A stretch of 63,868 bases of DNA, the filler included, from Basidiobolus ranarum (Eukaryota), in assembly GCA_040143965.1 (NCBI GenBank). It is 27 parts of 27 records of this genome, joined end to end, with 100 filler letters (N's around TTAATTAATTAA, not from the genome) between each part and the next. Parts side by side here need not be neighbours in the genome. Positions count along the whole stretch, not along the records: positions 49,796 to 52,059 come from JASJQH010003558.1; positions 52,160 to 54,422 come from JASJQH010003559.1; positions 54,523 to 56,784 come from JASJQH010003560.1; positions 56,885 to 59,146 come from JASJQH010003561.1; positions 59,247 to 61,507 come from JASJQH010003562.1; positions 61,608 to 63,868 come from JASJQH010003563.1; 21 more parts are not named here. One strand, 5' to 3'. The notes under the pieces were generated by a model, which ran no database searches, was not told the origin of the DNA, and was given only the letters and a program-made list of their open reading frames with translations. The position numbers and the translations under genes were made by a program. This document shows, in pieces, positions 49,796 through 61,739 of the stretch (positions are counted from its first letter, which is position 1; each line of letters opens with the position of its first letter).

Positions 49796-50010
49796 TCCCA
49801 CTCCACTTAACAGTGTCTTAGATTCTACTGACTTAACTTTTCTGCTTTGCAACATTCATACAAATACTCCTGATCTCCATACATTAGTTAAGAAACTACA
49901 AAAGTAGTTATGGCTTCTTTGTTTTGTTTGAAATAAAGATTTCACCTGTTGGTGACTGTCTCCCCCCTAAATAGTTTGCACCACCTGGTGCTGTTCATCC
50001 CCCCTAACCC
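49796..50010. repeat. Unclassified dispersed repeat shared with 61870-62080 and 62780-62886
   Basis: Shared blocks CACTTAACAGTGTCTTAGA, AAGAAACTACAAAAG, AATAAAGATTT..TGGTGACT..CCCCTAA. Confidence 0.7.
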
Positions 50011-50367
50011 TGACCAGAACTAAATGGCATTTAAAGAAAAAATACTAACTTAGGGTTAGGGTTTGGATGGACTTTCCCCAATTGGCTATAAGAACAACTC
50101 ATGTCATTTAATATATGAATGATCATTACTTAGTACTGTCAATCTGAACTTGATCAAACTAGATACGCATAATAAATCACAATCTCCAACTACCAATACC
50201 GAGAGCATGTCTTTGGATATTCATGAGCGATCTATTCACACCTAATTAATCTTCAACAAACTCCGTGCATAATTCAACAATCTGTCATGAGAAAAAAATA
50301 CAACTAGATTGTTTATTAACTGGATAGTTTAAAATACAACGGGATACTATGTGATCACAGAATCTAT

Positions 50368-51237
50368 CTAATGTTGATTTCCAATCTTAGAACGCCATGT
50401 ACGGGCTCGTTCGAAGCCATTGATTCCCATGTGATAGTCAGTAAATGTACGTTGAATATCGCTGGCGTGATTCATAACAAACGGCCCGTATTGAACAATT
50501 GGTTCCTTGATTGGTTCACCAGCTACAAGTACAAAATGGACCGCCTTCTCCTTAGTCTCGATGCTAACTGTACCTCCTTCTTCGCTGAGCGTCAATGTGT
50601 AGTGTGCTCTCCCTACTGTATTCTTTGAACCAAAATAGCCCTCCCCTTCCAGGATATACAAGAAGCCTTGATAACTCTCCGGAATGACTTGTTCAAATTT
50701 AGAATTTTTCTCAACTTTAAAGTCTAGATACATGGTAGGTGTCTTGGTGACTACAGGACTACTGACTCCAAAGGAATCACCAGCAATCACTTTAATCGTT
50801 GCATTGACCCCTGGTGGTGATATTCTTGGAATATCCTTGTCTAGGAGCTCCTGGTAACGTGGCTCACACATTTTATCAACAGCGCTCAGGTTAACCCATA
50901 ACTGAAGACCATGACACTTTGTTTGCGGCATCTCCGCATGCACAATACCACGGCCGGCAGTCATCCATTGAAGATCTCCGGGTCCAATTTGACCTTGATG
51001 ACCAGCAAAATCTTCATGAGAAACTATTCCGTCGAGCATATACGTAACAGTCTCGAAGCCACGATGTGGGTGATCCGGAAATCCAGCAGGAGGCTCGACC
51101 ATAAATTCGTCCAGCATTAGGAAAGGATCGAAATTTTCAAGTGCACTAGTTCCAATGCTTCTTCTAACTCGTGCCCCGTCCCCTTCAGATTGGGTAATAG
51201 CTTCAACCTTTCTCGTAACATATCTTTCAAGTGTCAT
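50368..51237 (-). CDS. Pirin (bicupin, quercetinase-like), 289 aa, intronless
   Basis: EGDGARVRRSIG, DPFLMLDEF, GFPDHPHRGFETVTYM, WMTAGRGIVHAEMP, GLQLWVNL, QYGPFVMN. Confidence 0.96.
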   Translation of the reverse strand: MTLERYVTRKVEAITQSEGDGARVRRSIGTSALENFDPFLMLDEFMVEPPAGFPDHPHRGFETVTYMLDGIVSHEDFAGHQGQIGPGDLQWMTAGRGIVHAEMPQTKCHGLQLWVNLSAVDKMCEPRYQELLDKDIPRISPPGVNATIKVIAGDSFGVSSPVVTKTPTMYLDFKVEKNSKFEQVIPESYQGFLYILEGEGYFGSKNTVGRAHYTLTLSEEGGTVSIETKEKAVHFVLVAGEPIKEPIVQYGPFVMNHASDIQRTFTDYHMGINGFERARTWRSKIGNQH

Positions 51238-51552
51238 AGTGTATTAATGGATGTATAGAAATTGACAAATTTAATTAACGAAACTCATTTAATCCAATAC
51301 CTTTTATATATTTCCAACCACGGAAAAATCACCCCAATTAAGGCCATTTATCAGTCTCTAATTTTAGACATATTACTCCGCGACCAGATCCTCGGATAAA
51401 CAGACGTTACAAGCGCTCATAAGCTCCAGATAACTCCAACTATCTTATTAATCACTGCTGTATTTCCCTAACATTCTCTCCACCATTACCAATATTGGTT
51501 ATTATTCTGAATATATGATATTGAAGATGAAATATGGTGAGCAAGAACATGA

Positions 51553-51624
51553 GGGCTCAACCGGGAACTGAACCCGGGACCTCCACGACCCGAACGAGGA
51601 ATCATACGACTAGACCATTGAGCC
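51553..51624 (-). tRNA. tRNA-Pro(CGG), probably degenerate
   Basis: GGCTCAA/TTGAGCC acceptor stem, CCGGG/CCCGG T-stem, TT-CGG-GT anticodon loop; deviations G18>C, A58>G and a T-T mismatch in the anticodon stem. Confidence 0.85.
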
Positions 51625-52159
51625 ATGATTGATAAAAGGCAATATGAGAAATGGGTATTATTCTCTCAAGTTCTAGTAAACTTTTAACGCTGTTGAGATA
51701 CATACCCAAGTGAGTATTCAACTTCTACAATGATATAAAGAATATCAAATATGATTATGTTACCATCAATGGATTAAATAGATTAAGAATACTCTCAATT
51801 TTTTAGTTGTCATGTATTTTGTATTTGCCAAGATCTTTGGAGGTAACAATTGTCATAACATTGAGCAAGTAATTGATAGCAAGGTTTGACCTTCGTTAAT
51901 ATCCGAAATTTCGTCTTAGTATTATTATATATAAGAATGAGAGATATGAACCTATGATTGTAACTTTTGATTAATAATAGTAGGAGATATGGTCAACGCA
52001 TCGGCACAATTTCCCACAGACCAAATAAATGGTTACTGGTAGTTGGTTCCTAATTGTTGNNNNNNNNNNNNNNNNNNNNNNNNNNNNNNNNNNNNNNNNN
52101 NNNTTAATTAATTAANNNNNNNNNNNNNNNNNNNNNNNNNNNNNNNNNNNNNNNNNNNN

Positions 52160-53869
52160 GGACCTTGGATCAATATATTAGAGTAAATGTGATTGAAATT
52201 GATCATGCCAGAGGGTGATGGATAGTGCCAAATTGTGCCACATAAATTTTAGAATACATTATCCAATATGATATATACAGCACAATCTGGCACTATCACC
52301 AAGAACAAGTCTCTTGATTTGAGCCAATTGTGGAAATACCAAAAACCGGGTGTTACTTCAAAGGTTCTTGACTTATTTCATGTGGCTTATCCTTGGTTTT
52401 TGCAAGTAAATGGCAATTGGGATAGTACAGGCCTATTCTTGAAACTTCTTAAAAATGTAAGCAATTATTGACTTGGAAAAGAAAGAAAAGCTGCTAAAGA
52501 AGTACTCAAGGAGCAGGGAGCTAGTAAACCCAAGGGAAAAGCATAAAAGTCAGTGAGTTTAGGCTTTACTCTCCCACTTACCAAATTCTTCACACCATTA
52601 CAAACATCTGCAATTCAAGAGTCAGAGATACTGGCAAAAAAGCTTGATTTCACCATGGAACCAGGTACACCATTTGGAAGAGTGTTAAATTTGGAATTTT
52701 ATCCAAGACCTGGCACCACTCAACAAGCCAAAACACCAGCAAATAAAACTCATGGCTCTTCAATCTCAACTGGTCCTTTTCAAAGTGTTGAAGTTGGCTC
52801 CAAAGTTAAAGGCTATTGTGAAAATATGGGCTGCTTGGAGGAACTTTAGAAAAGTGAGTTGTGAATAGCTTTGTGAGATAATTATTTACTGTCCAGAAAT
52901 AAAGCATTTACATATTTTGGTGGAAATACAGAAAACTAACACTGGGGTTATGTTCACAACATCTGTGGGAGTAAAATGAGCTATCTTTGGGGCAATTTCA
53001 ACAAGTTTGAAATTTCTAATATGGAATTGCTAATTCTCAAATTATTCACATAAACATATAATATATGTTTTGATTTTCAGCTAAGTGATATTGGACTAAG
53101 TAGTTTTAACTAACTTAAAGGTGATATATGGAATAGTTAGGTGTATAAAGATAGAGATAACAAATATGAAAAAGGCAATAAACTTCAATAACTTCAACAA
53201 AGGCTAGCAAAAAGACACACAAACATTGCAAAGCACCCTCAGTAGTGTTGCACTACAAGGACATATGAAAATTGTCAAAGTGCATCAGAATTATTTTCAA
53301 AAGTGTGAAAGGAAAAATGCAGTGCAAGTATGCAGAAAGTGGCTTCCAAAGAAGAACATTCAACTTGACATTCAGTCTGATGTTGACTATGTGGATATCT
53401 GGGAAGAACTTAATACAGAGTGGCACAATATTGCAGGGTATCCACAAGATAGCTGGAAGAATGTTGAGTCAGTGATGTTAATACAATGGTAGGCTTTGAT
53501 AGAGAAATTGATACAAACTTATGTTGGGTATGAGCTAAACCTTGCATATGGGGAACTCTATGAAAATATTCAATACAATATATGAAAGAGACTAGGGATT
53601 TTGAAGGTGACAAATTAGTGTTCAAGTGGTAAATGTGAAAAATTTGAGTTAAGTTTTTTGCACATGCATTGATCCATAGTTCTCTGAAATTGTAGCCAAA
53701 CATGTGAAACTATTTTGCAAGATCTTGAAATTTCACTCTGGAAACTGAAAAATTGATAAAAATAAAATCTAACTGGACAATTTTATGATGGTAAGTAAAG
53801 GGTCAACCCCAAATAAATTAAAATTGTGATGGTTTTCCTACAATAACAATCCTCAAGTTTCTGTTAGGG
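52160..53869 (+). mobile_element. CMC transposon ORF2 3' half and terminus
   Basis: Matches 29223-29697, 58980-59146 and 61608-61739; ends ...ttctgttaggg. Confidence 0.87.
52814..53199 (-). repeat. Copia family A solo LTR with 5-bp TSD AAGGC
   Basis: AAGGC at 52809-52813 and 53200-53204; the empty site AAAGTTAAAGGCAAGCAAAAAG is visible at about 59121-59142. Confidence 0.93.
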
Positions 53870-54422
53870 TGAACCTATTGGGAAAATATGGGCTGTTTGG
53901 AGGAACTGTAGAAAAGTGAAGTTATGAATAGCTTAGTGAGATAATTAATTATTGTCCTGAAATAAGGCATTTATACATTTTGATGGAAATACAGAAAACT
54001 AACACTGGGGTTGTGTTCAGAATTTTTGTGGGAGTAAAATGAGCTATCTTTGGGGCAATTTGGACAAGTTTGAATTTTCCAATACGGAATTGCTAATTCT
54101 CACATTTTTCACATATATATATAATATATGTTTCAATTTTCAGTTAAGTAATATTTGACTAAGCAATGTTAACTAACTTATATGTGATATATGAAATAGT
54201 TAAGTTTATGAGGATAGACATATTACATATGATAAGGACAATATACTTCAACAGAAATTTGGGATTTTTAGCTCAAGAAATACAACTTTGATTAACTTTG
54301 AAAATTATGGTGGGTGAACTTTGAAAAATGCCCAAGTCTTTGAACAGTTTCCTTAACCACATAGCCTCCTTTGTTGTATTTGATGCTGCCATGTACTCTG
54401 CTTCAGTTGTTGAAAGTGCTGT
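53870..54422 (-). mobile_element. Copia A LTR (53876-54253) with PBS stub, inserted into a copia A RNase H fragment (54254-54422)
   Basis: ALSTTEAEYMAASNTTKEAMWLRKLFKDLG, nearly as at 8100-8270; LTR followed by GGTT and then cut by the CMC terminus. Confidence 0.88.
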
Positions 54423-54522
54423 NNNNNNNNNNNNNNNNNNNNNNNNNNNNNNNNNNNNNNNNNNNNTTAATTAATTAANNNNNNNNNNNNNNNNNNNNNN
54501 NNNNNNNNNNNNNNNNNNNNNN

Positions 54523-56784
54523 CTGGCTCCCATGATTGATCATTTGTTGAGTATCCCTTCCAGTCCACTAAATATTGCAATTTACGTTGATAAATTCTGG
54601 AATCTAGAATTTTGCTAACTTCATATTCAGGGTATTCTTCCACTTGGATTGCTGGGGGTGGGTCAATGGATTGGCCCCACAAGGTGTTTCTAGCATGTGG
54701 CTCCAAGAGAGAAAAATGGCTTACATTGTGGACTTTGAAATGGGCTAGAAGTTTGAGGCAGAAGGCTACTGAATTGATTGGCTTAATTATTTTAAAAGGC
54801 CCCAGTCTTTTGTGATCAAGTTTATCACAAGGTCTAGTGGTTTTGATATTTTTATGGAGTAGCCAAACATAATCTCCTGGCTTGAGATCTGGGCTTGGCT
54901 TTCTTTTCTTATCAGCAATGTTCTTGTGTTGGGATTGAGCATGCTCCAACTCAGATATTAATTGTTCATAGATGTCCTTCAGGAGGGTAGCATGGTCTGA
55001 GGCAGCAGGGCAAGGTAGATTGGATGGTGGGTGAATTGTGAAACAAGGATGGAAACCAAAATTGGCAAAGAAAGGAGTTTGTTTGGTTGAGATATGATCA
55101 GAGTTGTTGTAAGCAAATTCAGCAAGAGGCAAGAGGTGTGTCCAATTATCCTAATCATAGCAGATAGTGCATCATAAATATTGTTCCAAAACTTGATTGA
55201 CTCTTTCTGTTTGGCCATCTAATTGGGGATGGAAGGCAGTGGAGAAATTGGCGGAGATACCCAAGACATGGAGGAGACTTTTCCAGAATTTGGAAGCAAA
55301 CTAAGGTCCTCAGACAGAGATGATAGTTTCAGGAAGTCCATGTAGGTGGAAGATGTTTGAGTTATCAATTCTGCTGTTTGTTTTGCATCTATTGACTTGT
55401 GCCAGGGCACAAAGTGGGACATCTTTGTTACACAGTCAACAATTACCAGAATTGAATCACATTTGGCAGATAAGGGTAGATCAGTTATGAAATCCAGGGA
55501 TATGGATTTCTACTGCTGATCAGGAATTGGAAGTGGCTGTCAAAGGCCACAGGGCAGATGTCACAGAGTCTTCACTCAAGCACAAGTATCACAGGAGGAA
55601 ACATAAGTGTTGACAAATGCAAACATTTTGGGCCACCAATAGTCCCTAGAAACCAACATATGTGATTTGGCTACCCCAAAGTGTCCTGCTAGTGGTGAGT
55701 CATGTCTTTCCTGCATGATTTTGAGTCTGGAAGTGTGGTCTGGAATGTAAAGGCGCTCCTTAAAAAACAAGAGATCATCGATGATAGAGAAATGGTGGTA
55801 CGTGTTCAAGCTTGAGAGGTCTTTGGGTGCTTCCTGGGCTTTCTTGATTGATATTACAAATGGGTCTTCAGATTGAAATTTGTGGATGTCTTCATGGAAT
55901 GTGCTTGAACTAGGCAGAGAAAGGGCAGTTGCACTAATTTGAAGTTGGTGATGCTTCAGTAAGGGAGTATTTTGTTGGCCAAAGGCCTGATCCCCTTCTT
56001 TAGACTGATATGCTGCTCTACGTGATAAGGCATTAGGTTTTTCTTGCTGGCTCCCTGATCAGTATGTAATCACAAAATCAAAACTGGCAAGAAGTAATGA
56101 CCATCTTGCTTGATGATGGTTGAGAACTTTGATTGTACTAAAATACTGAAGATTCTTGTGATCACAATAAACTGTGATTTTGTGATTTGTTCCATCCAAG
56201 TATTGTTGCCATTGTTCAAATGCAGCAATAATTACTAATAGTTCCTTGTCATAGATGTCAAAGTTGATTTCTGTGGGAGAGAACTTGCTTGAGTAAAAGG
56301 CAACAGGGTGCAGTAAGTTGTCATCATCAAACTGTGAAAGTACTGCTCCTAGAGCAAACTTGGATGCATCAGGTTCAACAATAAATGGCTTGTCTAGCTT
56401 GGGATGTGCCAGGATTGGTGCTAAGGTAAAAGCACTCTTTAAAGTTTTAAATGCATGTTGGCAAAATGGGTTCCAGTCAAATGGGGGTTCTTTCTTTGTA
56501 AGGTTTGTAAATGGAGCAGATATTTTGGAGTAGTGCTCAACAAACCATCAATAAAAGTTTGCAAATCCAAGGAAAGATTGGACATCCTTCATATTATTGG
56601 GAATATCCCAAGACAGAACAGATTCAACCTTCTTAGGGTCCATAGAGATGCCTGACAGGCTGATGTTATATCCAAGAAATTCAACTTGAGCTTGATCAAA
56701 TTCACATTTCTCAAGTTTGCATAGAGCCCAGTGGTTTTCAACTTATCTAGGACTTGGGAAGCATGAGTATTATGCTCTTCTTGA
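54523..56784 (-). mobile_element. Chromovirus pol, decayed: RT C-terminus, RNase H, integrase, chromodomain
   Basis: KLEKCEF..FLGY, DVQSFLGFANFY, DASKFALGAVLSQ, DIYDKELLVI, DHKNLQYF, HDSPLAGHFG..YWWP..CDTC, LDFITDLP, EYEVSKILDSR..YLVDWKGY..SWEP. Confidence 0.95.
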
Positions 56785-56884
56785 NNNNNNNNNNNNNNNN
56801 NNNNNNNNNNNNNNNNNNNNNNNNNNNNTTAATTAATTAANNNNNNNNNNNNNNNNNNNNNNNNNNNNNNNNNNNNNNNNNNNN

Positions 56885-59146
56885 GAGAGTTCAATCTAAT
56901 CTTAGCAACCAGGTGTATATTGGTTTTCTTACACTTTTACCACAGTTGATTGGCAACTGTTGCTTGCCACAGACCTGGTACAAGTGGAAAACACTAGTCA
57001 ATTGTATGACTTATAATCCTTCAGTAATTACACTACCTTCATGGCTAAATTGTTGTTTGACCTTCACTGGTCCTCTGAAGAACCTGAAGTCATGCACTGT
57101 TTGCACACAGTTGGCAATCACTGAATCAGTTAAATATTGCTCATATTTTGCTTACATACCATTGATTCCCTGTCTTAAAGTTTTGAGGAAATCACCTCAA
57201 TACATATCATTGCTCCAATACCAAAGTATTCACTGTAAAGCTGATAATATCACCAATATACTCAATGGATATCACTCCCAGAATCTGAAAAATCAAGGTT
57301 TCTTTGAAAACACATGATTGTGCATTTGCATTGGTTCTGGATGGCTTCTCAGTAAACAAATATATGTGTTACAACTCTCCAAATACAAAACTAAACTTGA
57401 TGATTTTACCATCAAGAGCCTGGTCAGATTTCAACATGATAACTCATATCAATTCACCAAATAGTCAGTCTAACATCAAGCTTGGTATTAGCCATAAGCC
57501 TTAGATTATATTGCTAAAGGGGATCACCTGGAGCCAGAGCTTCCTATTAGGCACTATGCACTTACTATTCAACAACATTCCAAAACTATGTACCCAGCTA
57601 TATAGTGGCAAATTCAATATGAATGAGCCATTTGAGATAGGATCAAAGTTTGAATCAATTGGGAAGATGCTTGAAAATGGCAAGATCCCATTGCATTTTA
57701 CCTGGACTCCCATCAATATCTATTAATCCAGGCATTTATTCAAATGAAAAGACTGGAAGTTTTGGATTTGTATATATGCAAGTGGAATCTTGAAAAGATT
57801 CCTGGCTGATAAGTATTGACAACATTTGCAGTTGTTTGTGGATATTGTTAATATATTCTGACAGCATCAACTAACATTAGCAGATCTCAGGAAGATATAG
57901 CACTGGTGTAAAGAATTTGTAATTGGATATGAAGAACTCTATTAGAGGTTTAAAGAAGAGAGACTGAATCACTGTTGGTACTCAATACATTCCCTGCTGC
58001 ATCTTTCACAATGCTTAGCAATTATAGGCCCTTTCTATACATACTGGGAGTTCCCGCTGGAGCACACCTGCAATGATATGATGATCTGTGTGAAATCTTC
58101 ACTATTACTGTATGCAAATCTGATTAACAAAGTATCAGCAAAATTAGTAATGGATGTAATGTGATTAGTTCAGGAGACTCCGGAGTATATTAATCTTACA
58201 ACAAAGGGCTCTTTTTAATGTGCTCATGGGTTTTTGCATTCTTTGAGCACAATTACAGTAACAAAGCCCAATCAATGAATGCATGCTAAGTAACTCTATA
58301 ATTTGGACTAATTTGATTGTGTGAATATCTGAAGGTATTTCCAGGAAAGTTGCTAGACAAACTGCTTGGTGATATAGATTGACAACAGAGTATTATTGTT
58401 TTAGCCATGGGGTAATCTATTCTAGCGTATGACACATCTACTAGTGGCAGGACATTTGTTGACCATAAGTTAGGGATATATTGGCTTAATTGTCTTATGG
58501 ACATATGCCTAAATCTAAGTGCCCTAATAAATAGAAATTAGATTTGATCCAAATCAGATTCACCCTTCTAAAGCACAAAGCCATCAGAGAACTGTTACAC
58601 TATTGGTAGCTTGCTTTCTGCCAGGGATTTTAATGGTGTGACAGTAGCTTCTCAATGGTATCTTGATGGTATTCATATATGTTAAAATATTGATCCTGAC
58701 ATTTTTGCATACATTGTTTAATTTCCAGCATTTTTTGCAAAAATATAATTTCTCAATGGCAAATTACTAGGTATACTGCTAAAGGAATTTGAATCAATAT
58801 GTATGCCTTTGTATAGATATTTTTGGCTTGGTATTCCAGCCATAATGAGAATCAAAAAATACAAGAATCCTGATGTGTGACATTGTTAATCAGATTAACA
58901 TTTGGTATTACTGACAATTTCACACATAGCATCTTTTCACCACAGGTGTGCTGCAATGGGAACACCTAGAACATATAGAGCTGGGTACACCAGTTGGAAG
59001 GGTGCTAAATTTGGAAGTTTATCCAACACCAGGCACTCTCAACAAGCCAAAACACCAGCAAATAAAACTCATGGCTCTCCAACCTCAGCTGGTACTTTTC
59101 AAAGTGTTGAAATTAGCCTCAAAGTTAAAGGCAAGCAAAAAGCCAC
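56885..59146 (+). mobile_element. CMC transposase (most continuous copy, to about 58520) interrupted by another CMC terminus at 58522, then ORF2 scrap
   Basis: YFAYIPLIP, ALVLDGF, MHLLFNNIP, KDWKFWI, IHSLLHLSQCL..YWEFPLEHTC. Confidence 0.88.
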
Positions 59147-59246
59147 NNNNNNNNNNNNNNNNNNNNNNNNNNNNNNNNNNNNNNNNNNNNTTAATTAATT
59201 AANNNNNNNNNNNNNNNNNNNNNNNNNNNNNNNNNNNNNNNNNNNN

Positions 59247-59405
59247 AGCAAAGCAAGTGTAAAGGGCGACGTTTCCGTTCTTAGTGGTGTTGTCATCCAT
59301 CATACCACCAGCACCCATACCGTTGATAACGTTGTACATACCGGGGCAGCAGAAGCAGACAAGGCCCACCATGAGGACTTGTCCTATTGGACTGTTGATT
59401 CTCAT
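59247..59405 (-). CDS. UNC-93-like MFS membrane protein, N-terminus (contig edge)
   Basis: NSPIGQVLMVGLVCFCCPGMYNVINGMGAGG..GNVALYTCFA; TATAAAG about 60 nt upstream. Confidence 0.85.
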
Positions 59406-61400
59406 TATTGTATTAGTTGAAGATTGAAAAGTTTGAATTTCATTTCCATGGTATCGAGTGCCTTTATACTCACTTGAAACTATTCTGAGTTCTAAAAATT
59501 TACCCTATTCGGGCCAGCTTGGGAATTACTTGTTCTCCTATCTAGGATAAAACTTCTAGTTCCGATCGAGATACTTTCGTCATTCTAGATCGAAAAAGTT
59601 TGTGCATATTACAACCCGGTTATAGTTCCCCAAATTGAAATAAGCTTTATGACCGCCACTTGTACTCAAAAAAATCTTCAGTTTTTCTTCCCCACATCAG
59701 TTGACTATAATTGTCGTAGGGATGGTTACATGAACCTCTGTAGCAAATCAATTTCGCTAATTCCATTTACCAACGAATGTTCCTTAGCCCAAACCAATGA
59801 TGTTTTAATCTATTTGTACTTACTCCAAGATATAAACCCCGTTTTGTAGTGAGATTCGGGTTGTTTCTGGGCCCGGTTCCTTTTATGGAATGAAACACAT
59901 AGTGGTGTGTATCACCAGGCTAGTGTAACAGCCCATCTGCATCACACTGATTCCATGAGAACACAAACCAGAATATTCCATAACAAGCCCGGAGATTGGT
60001 ACTTTTTCGGTGTTATTTGGGTTGCACTCGAGTTCCATTAGAATATTACACGTATTTTCCCACCCTCATTGTTCGCTTCGGAACTGAGTCGTGATTCTTA
60101 ACCATATCCAGTATGGTTTCTGTAATGGAGACGTCCTTATTGGATACGTACTATGGAGTAAGAGAACCGCATCAAGAATCGTATTTGGCCAGGCTGAAAT
60201 TAACTCACACTTGTCACACCCTCTTACTGTGGAATGTAAGGGGAATGGAAGGAGTCGGTTAAGTAACAATTACGCGATCGGAAGTTGAAGTAATAGCCAG
60301 AAAAGTATCACCAGATTTTTGAAGTAATAGCTAGAAAAGTATCACCAGGATTACTTTAGCGTGTAATTCAGCTCACCCATGTCTAGCCCGCTTGAAAGAC
60401 CTCCTGCCGTACATTCCTTTCATTTATCCTATTCCAGAACGTAATTGAATGACCTCTGATTTCTATTGAAGATTATTTGGAACTCCGCTTCAATAACAGC
60501 ATTTTGGAGATACTCATTTCTAAGTATTATTTGTATCTATTTAAATGACCTTAATAGGCCTCCAACTGTACCAAATGCATAGTGATGGTATTTCTTCAGC
60601 AATGATTTGATAGTCATTGTGGAGTTTTCCTACTTCATAGGTTTGCTATCGTGGGATTAAAAACACTGTGTTGATTGGTGGAAAACCATTTGTTGTGTCA
60701 GGTAGTTTTGAATACTATACCTAGGTATTAGCTTATTTAACTATTTTCGGATTAATCAGTACCTAGAAGTTTCAAAATCCCAGATGATAAACGCACCAAT
60801 GGTAGTGGTTATCTTTGTTTATATATATACACTTGTGATTATTCCCTTTATTCCTTTCATTCCCTATAGAATCAGTACGCTTCACATACCGCATTCGCTG
60901 GCCTCATAGATGGCGAAAATATCAGAGTAAAGTACCTAACTATTCATTTAGCATGTTAACATAAGTAATGCTTATTTACTGAATATTCCAGTTAAAATCT
61001 ACTTTAGATAAATTGAAGAAATTTTTAGTTGACCCAAAGCCCTCCCAAGTATATTTTCCTTTACTTCTTTAGTACTCTTAGAACATAATCTTGTTGTTAG
61101 CTACATAACTTCCTATATAAGTAGAAATGGTCTTTTTGAAATCTGACAAAGCAAACAAGTACAAATATTTTAAATACTGTCAACTCATCACAAATACTCT
61201 ACAACAAAATTTACATATACTGATGAACATTTCCATTATTCCAGTTTGATGTTCACTTGAAAACATGGTTGCCAGGAATACAACGAATAATTGTAAGGAA
61301 TACTACCTTCTAATGGTAGAGTGATCAGGTGTCAAACTACAAAAACTATTGTTGGTATTAGTATAGCCTTAACATCTCTATGGTCATATATAGCTTAGTA

Positions 61401-61507
61401 TTGTTAAAGTATTTGGGAGCCTGTTGGAAGTGGTTTGGAGAATTAGAGGAATTGGTGGTTTTCACTTATTGATTTATTGAGTAGAAAGTTGACATTTATA
61501 GTTTTGT
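61401..61507 (-). repeat. Copia family C LTR end
   Basis: Near-identical to 9287-9393 and reverse complement of 35750-35853. Confidence 0.85.
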
Positions 61508-61607
61508 NNNNNNNNNNNNNNNNNNNNNNNNNNNNNNNNNNNNNNNNNNNNTTAATTAATTAANNNNNNNNNNNNNNNNNNNNNNNNNNNNNNNNNNNNN
61601 NNNNNNN

Positions 61608-61739
61608 CTGAAACTGAAAAAATTGATTAAAATCAAATATAACTTGACGTTTTTATGATGGTAAGTAAACGGTCAACCCCAAATGGATTAAAATTGCAAT
61701 GGTTTTCCTACGATAACAATCCTCAAATTTCTGTTAGGG
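61608..61739 (+). mobile_element. CMC transposon terminus
   Basis: Near-identical to 9565-9696. Confidence 0.9.

Noticed and set aside
50368-51237. Intronless pirin as a horizontal transfer from bacteria
   Set aside because: Sequence looks like ordinary eukaryotic pirin, other host genes here are also intronless, and there is no support without a phylogeny
60285-60348. Tandem duplication of about 34 bp upstream of the UNC-93-like gene
   Set aside because: Two-copy local duplication with no further structure
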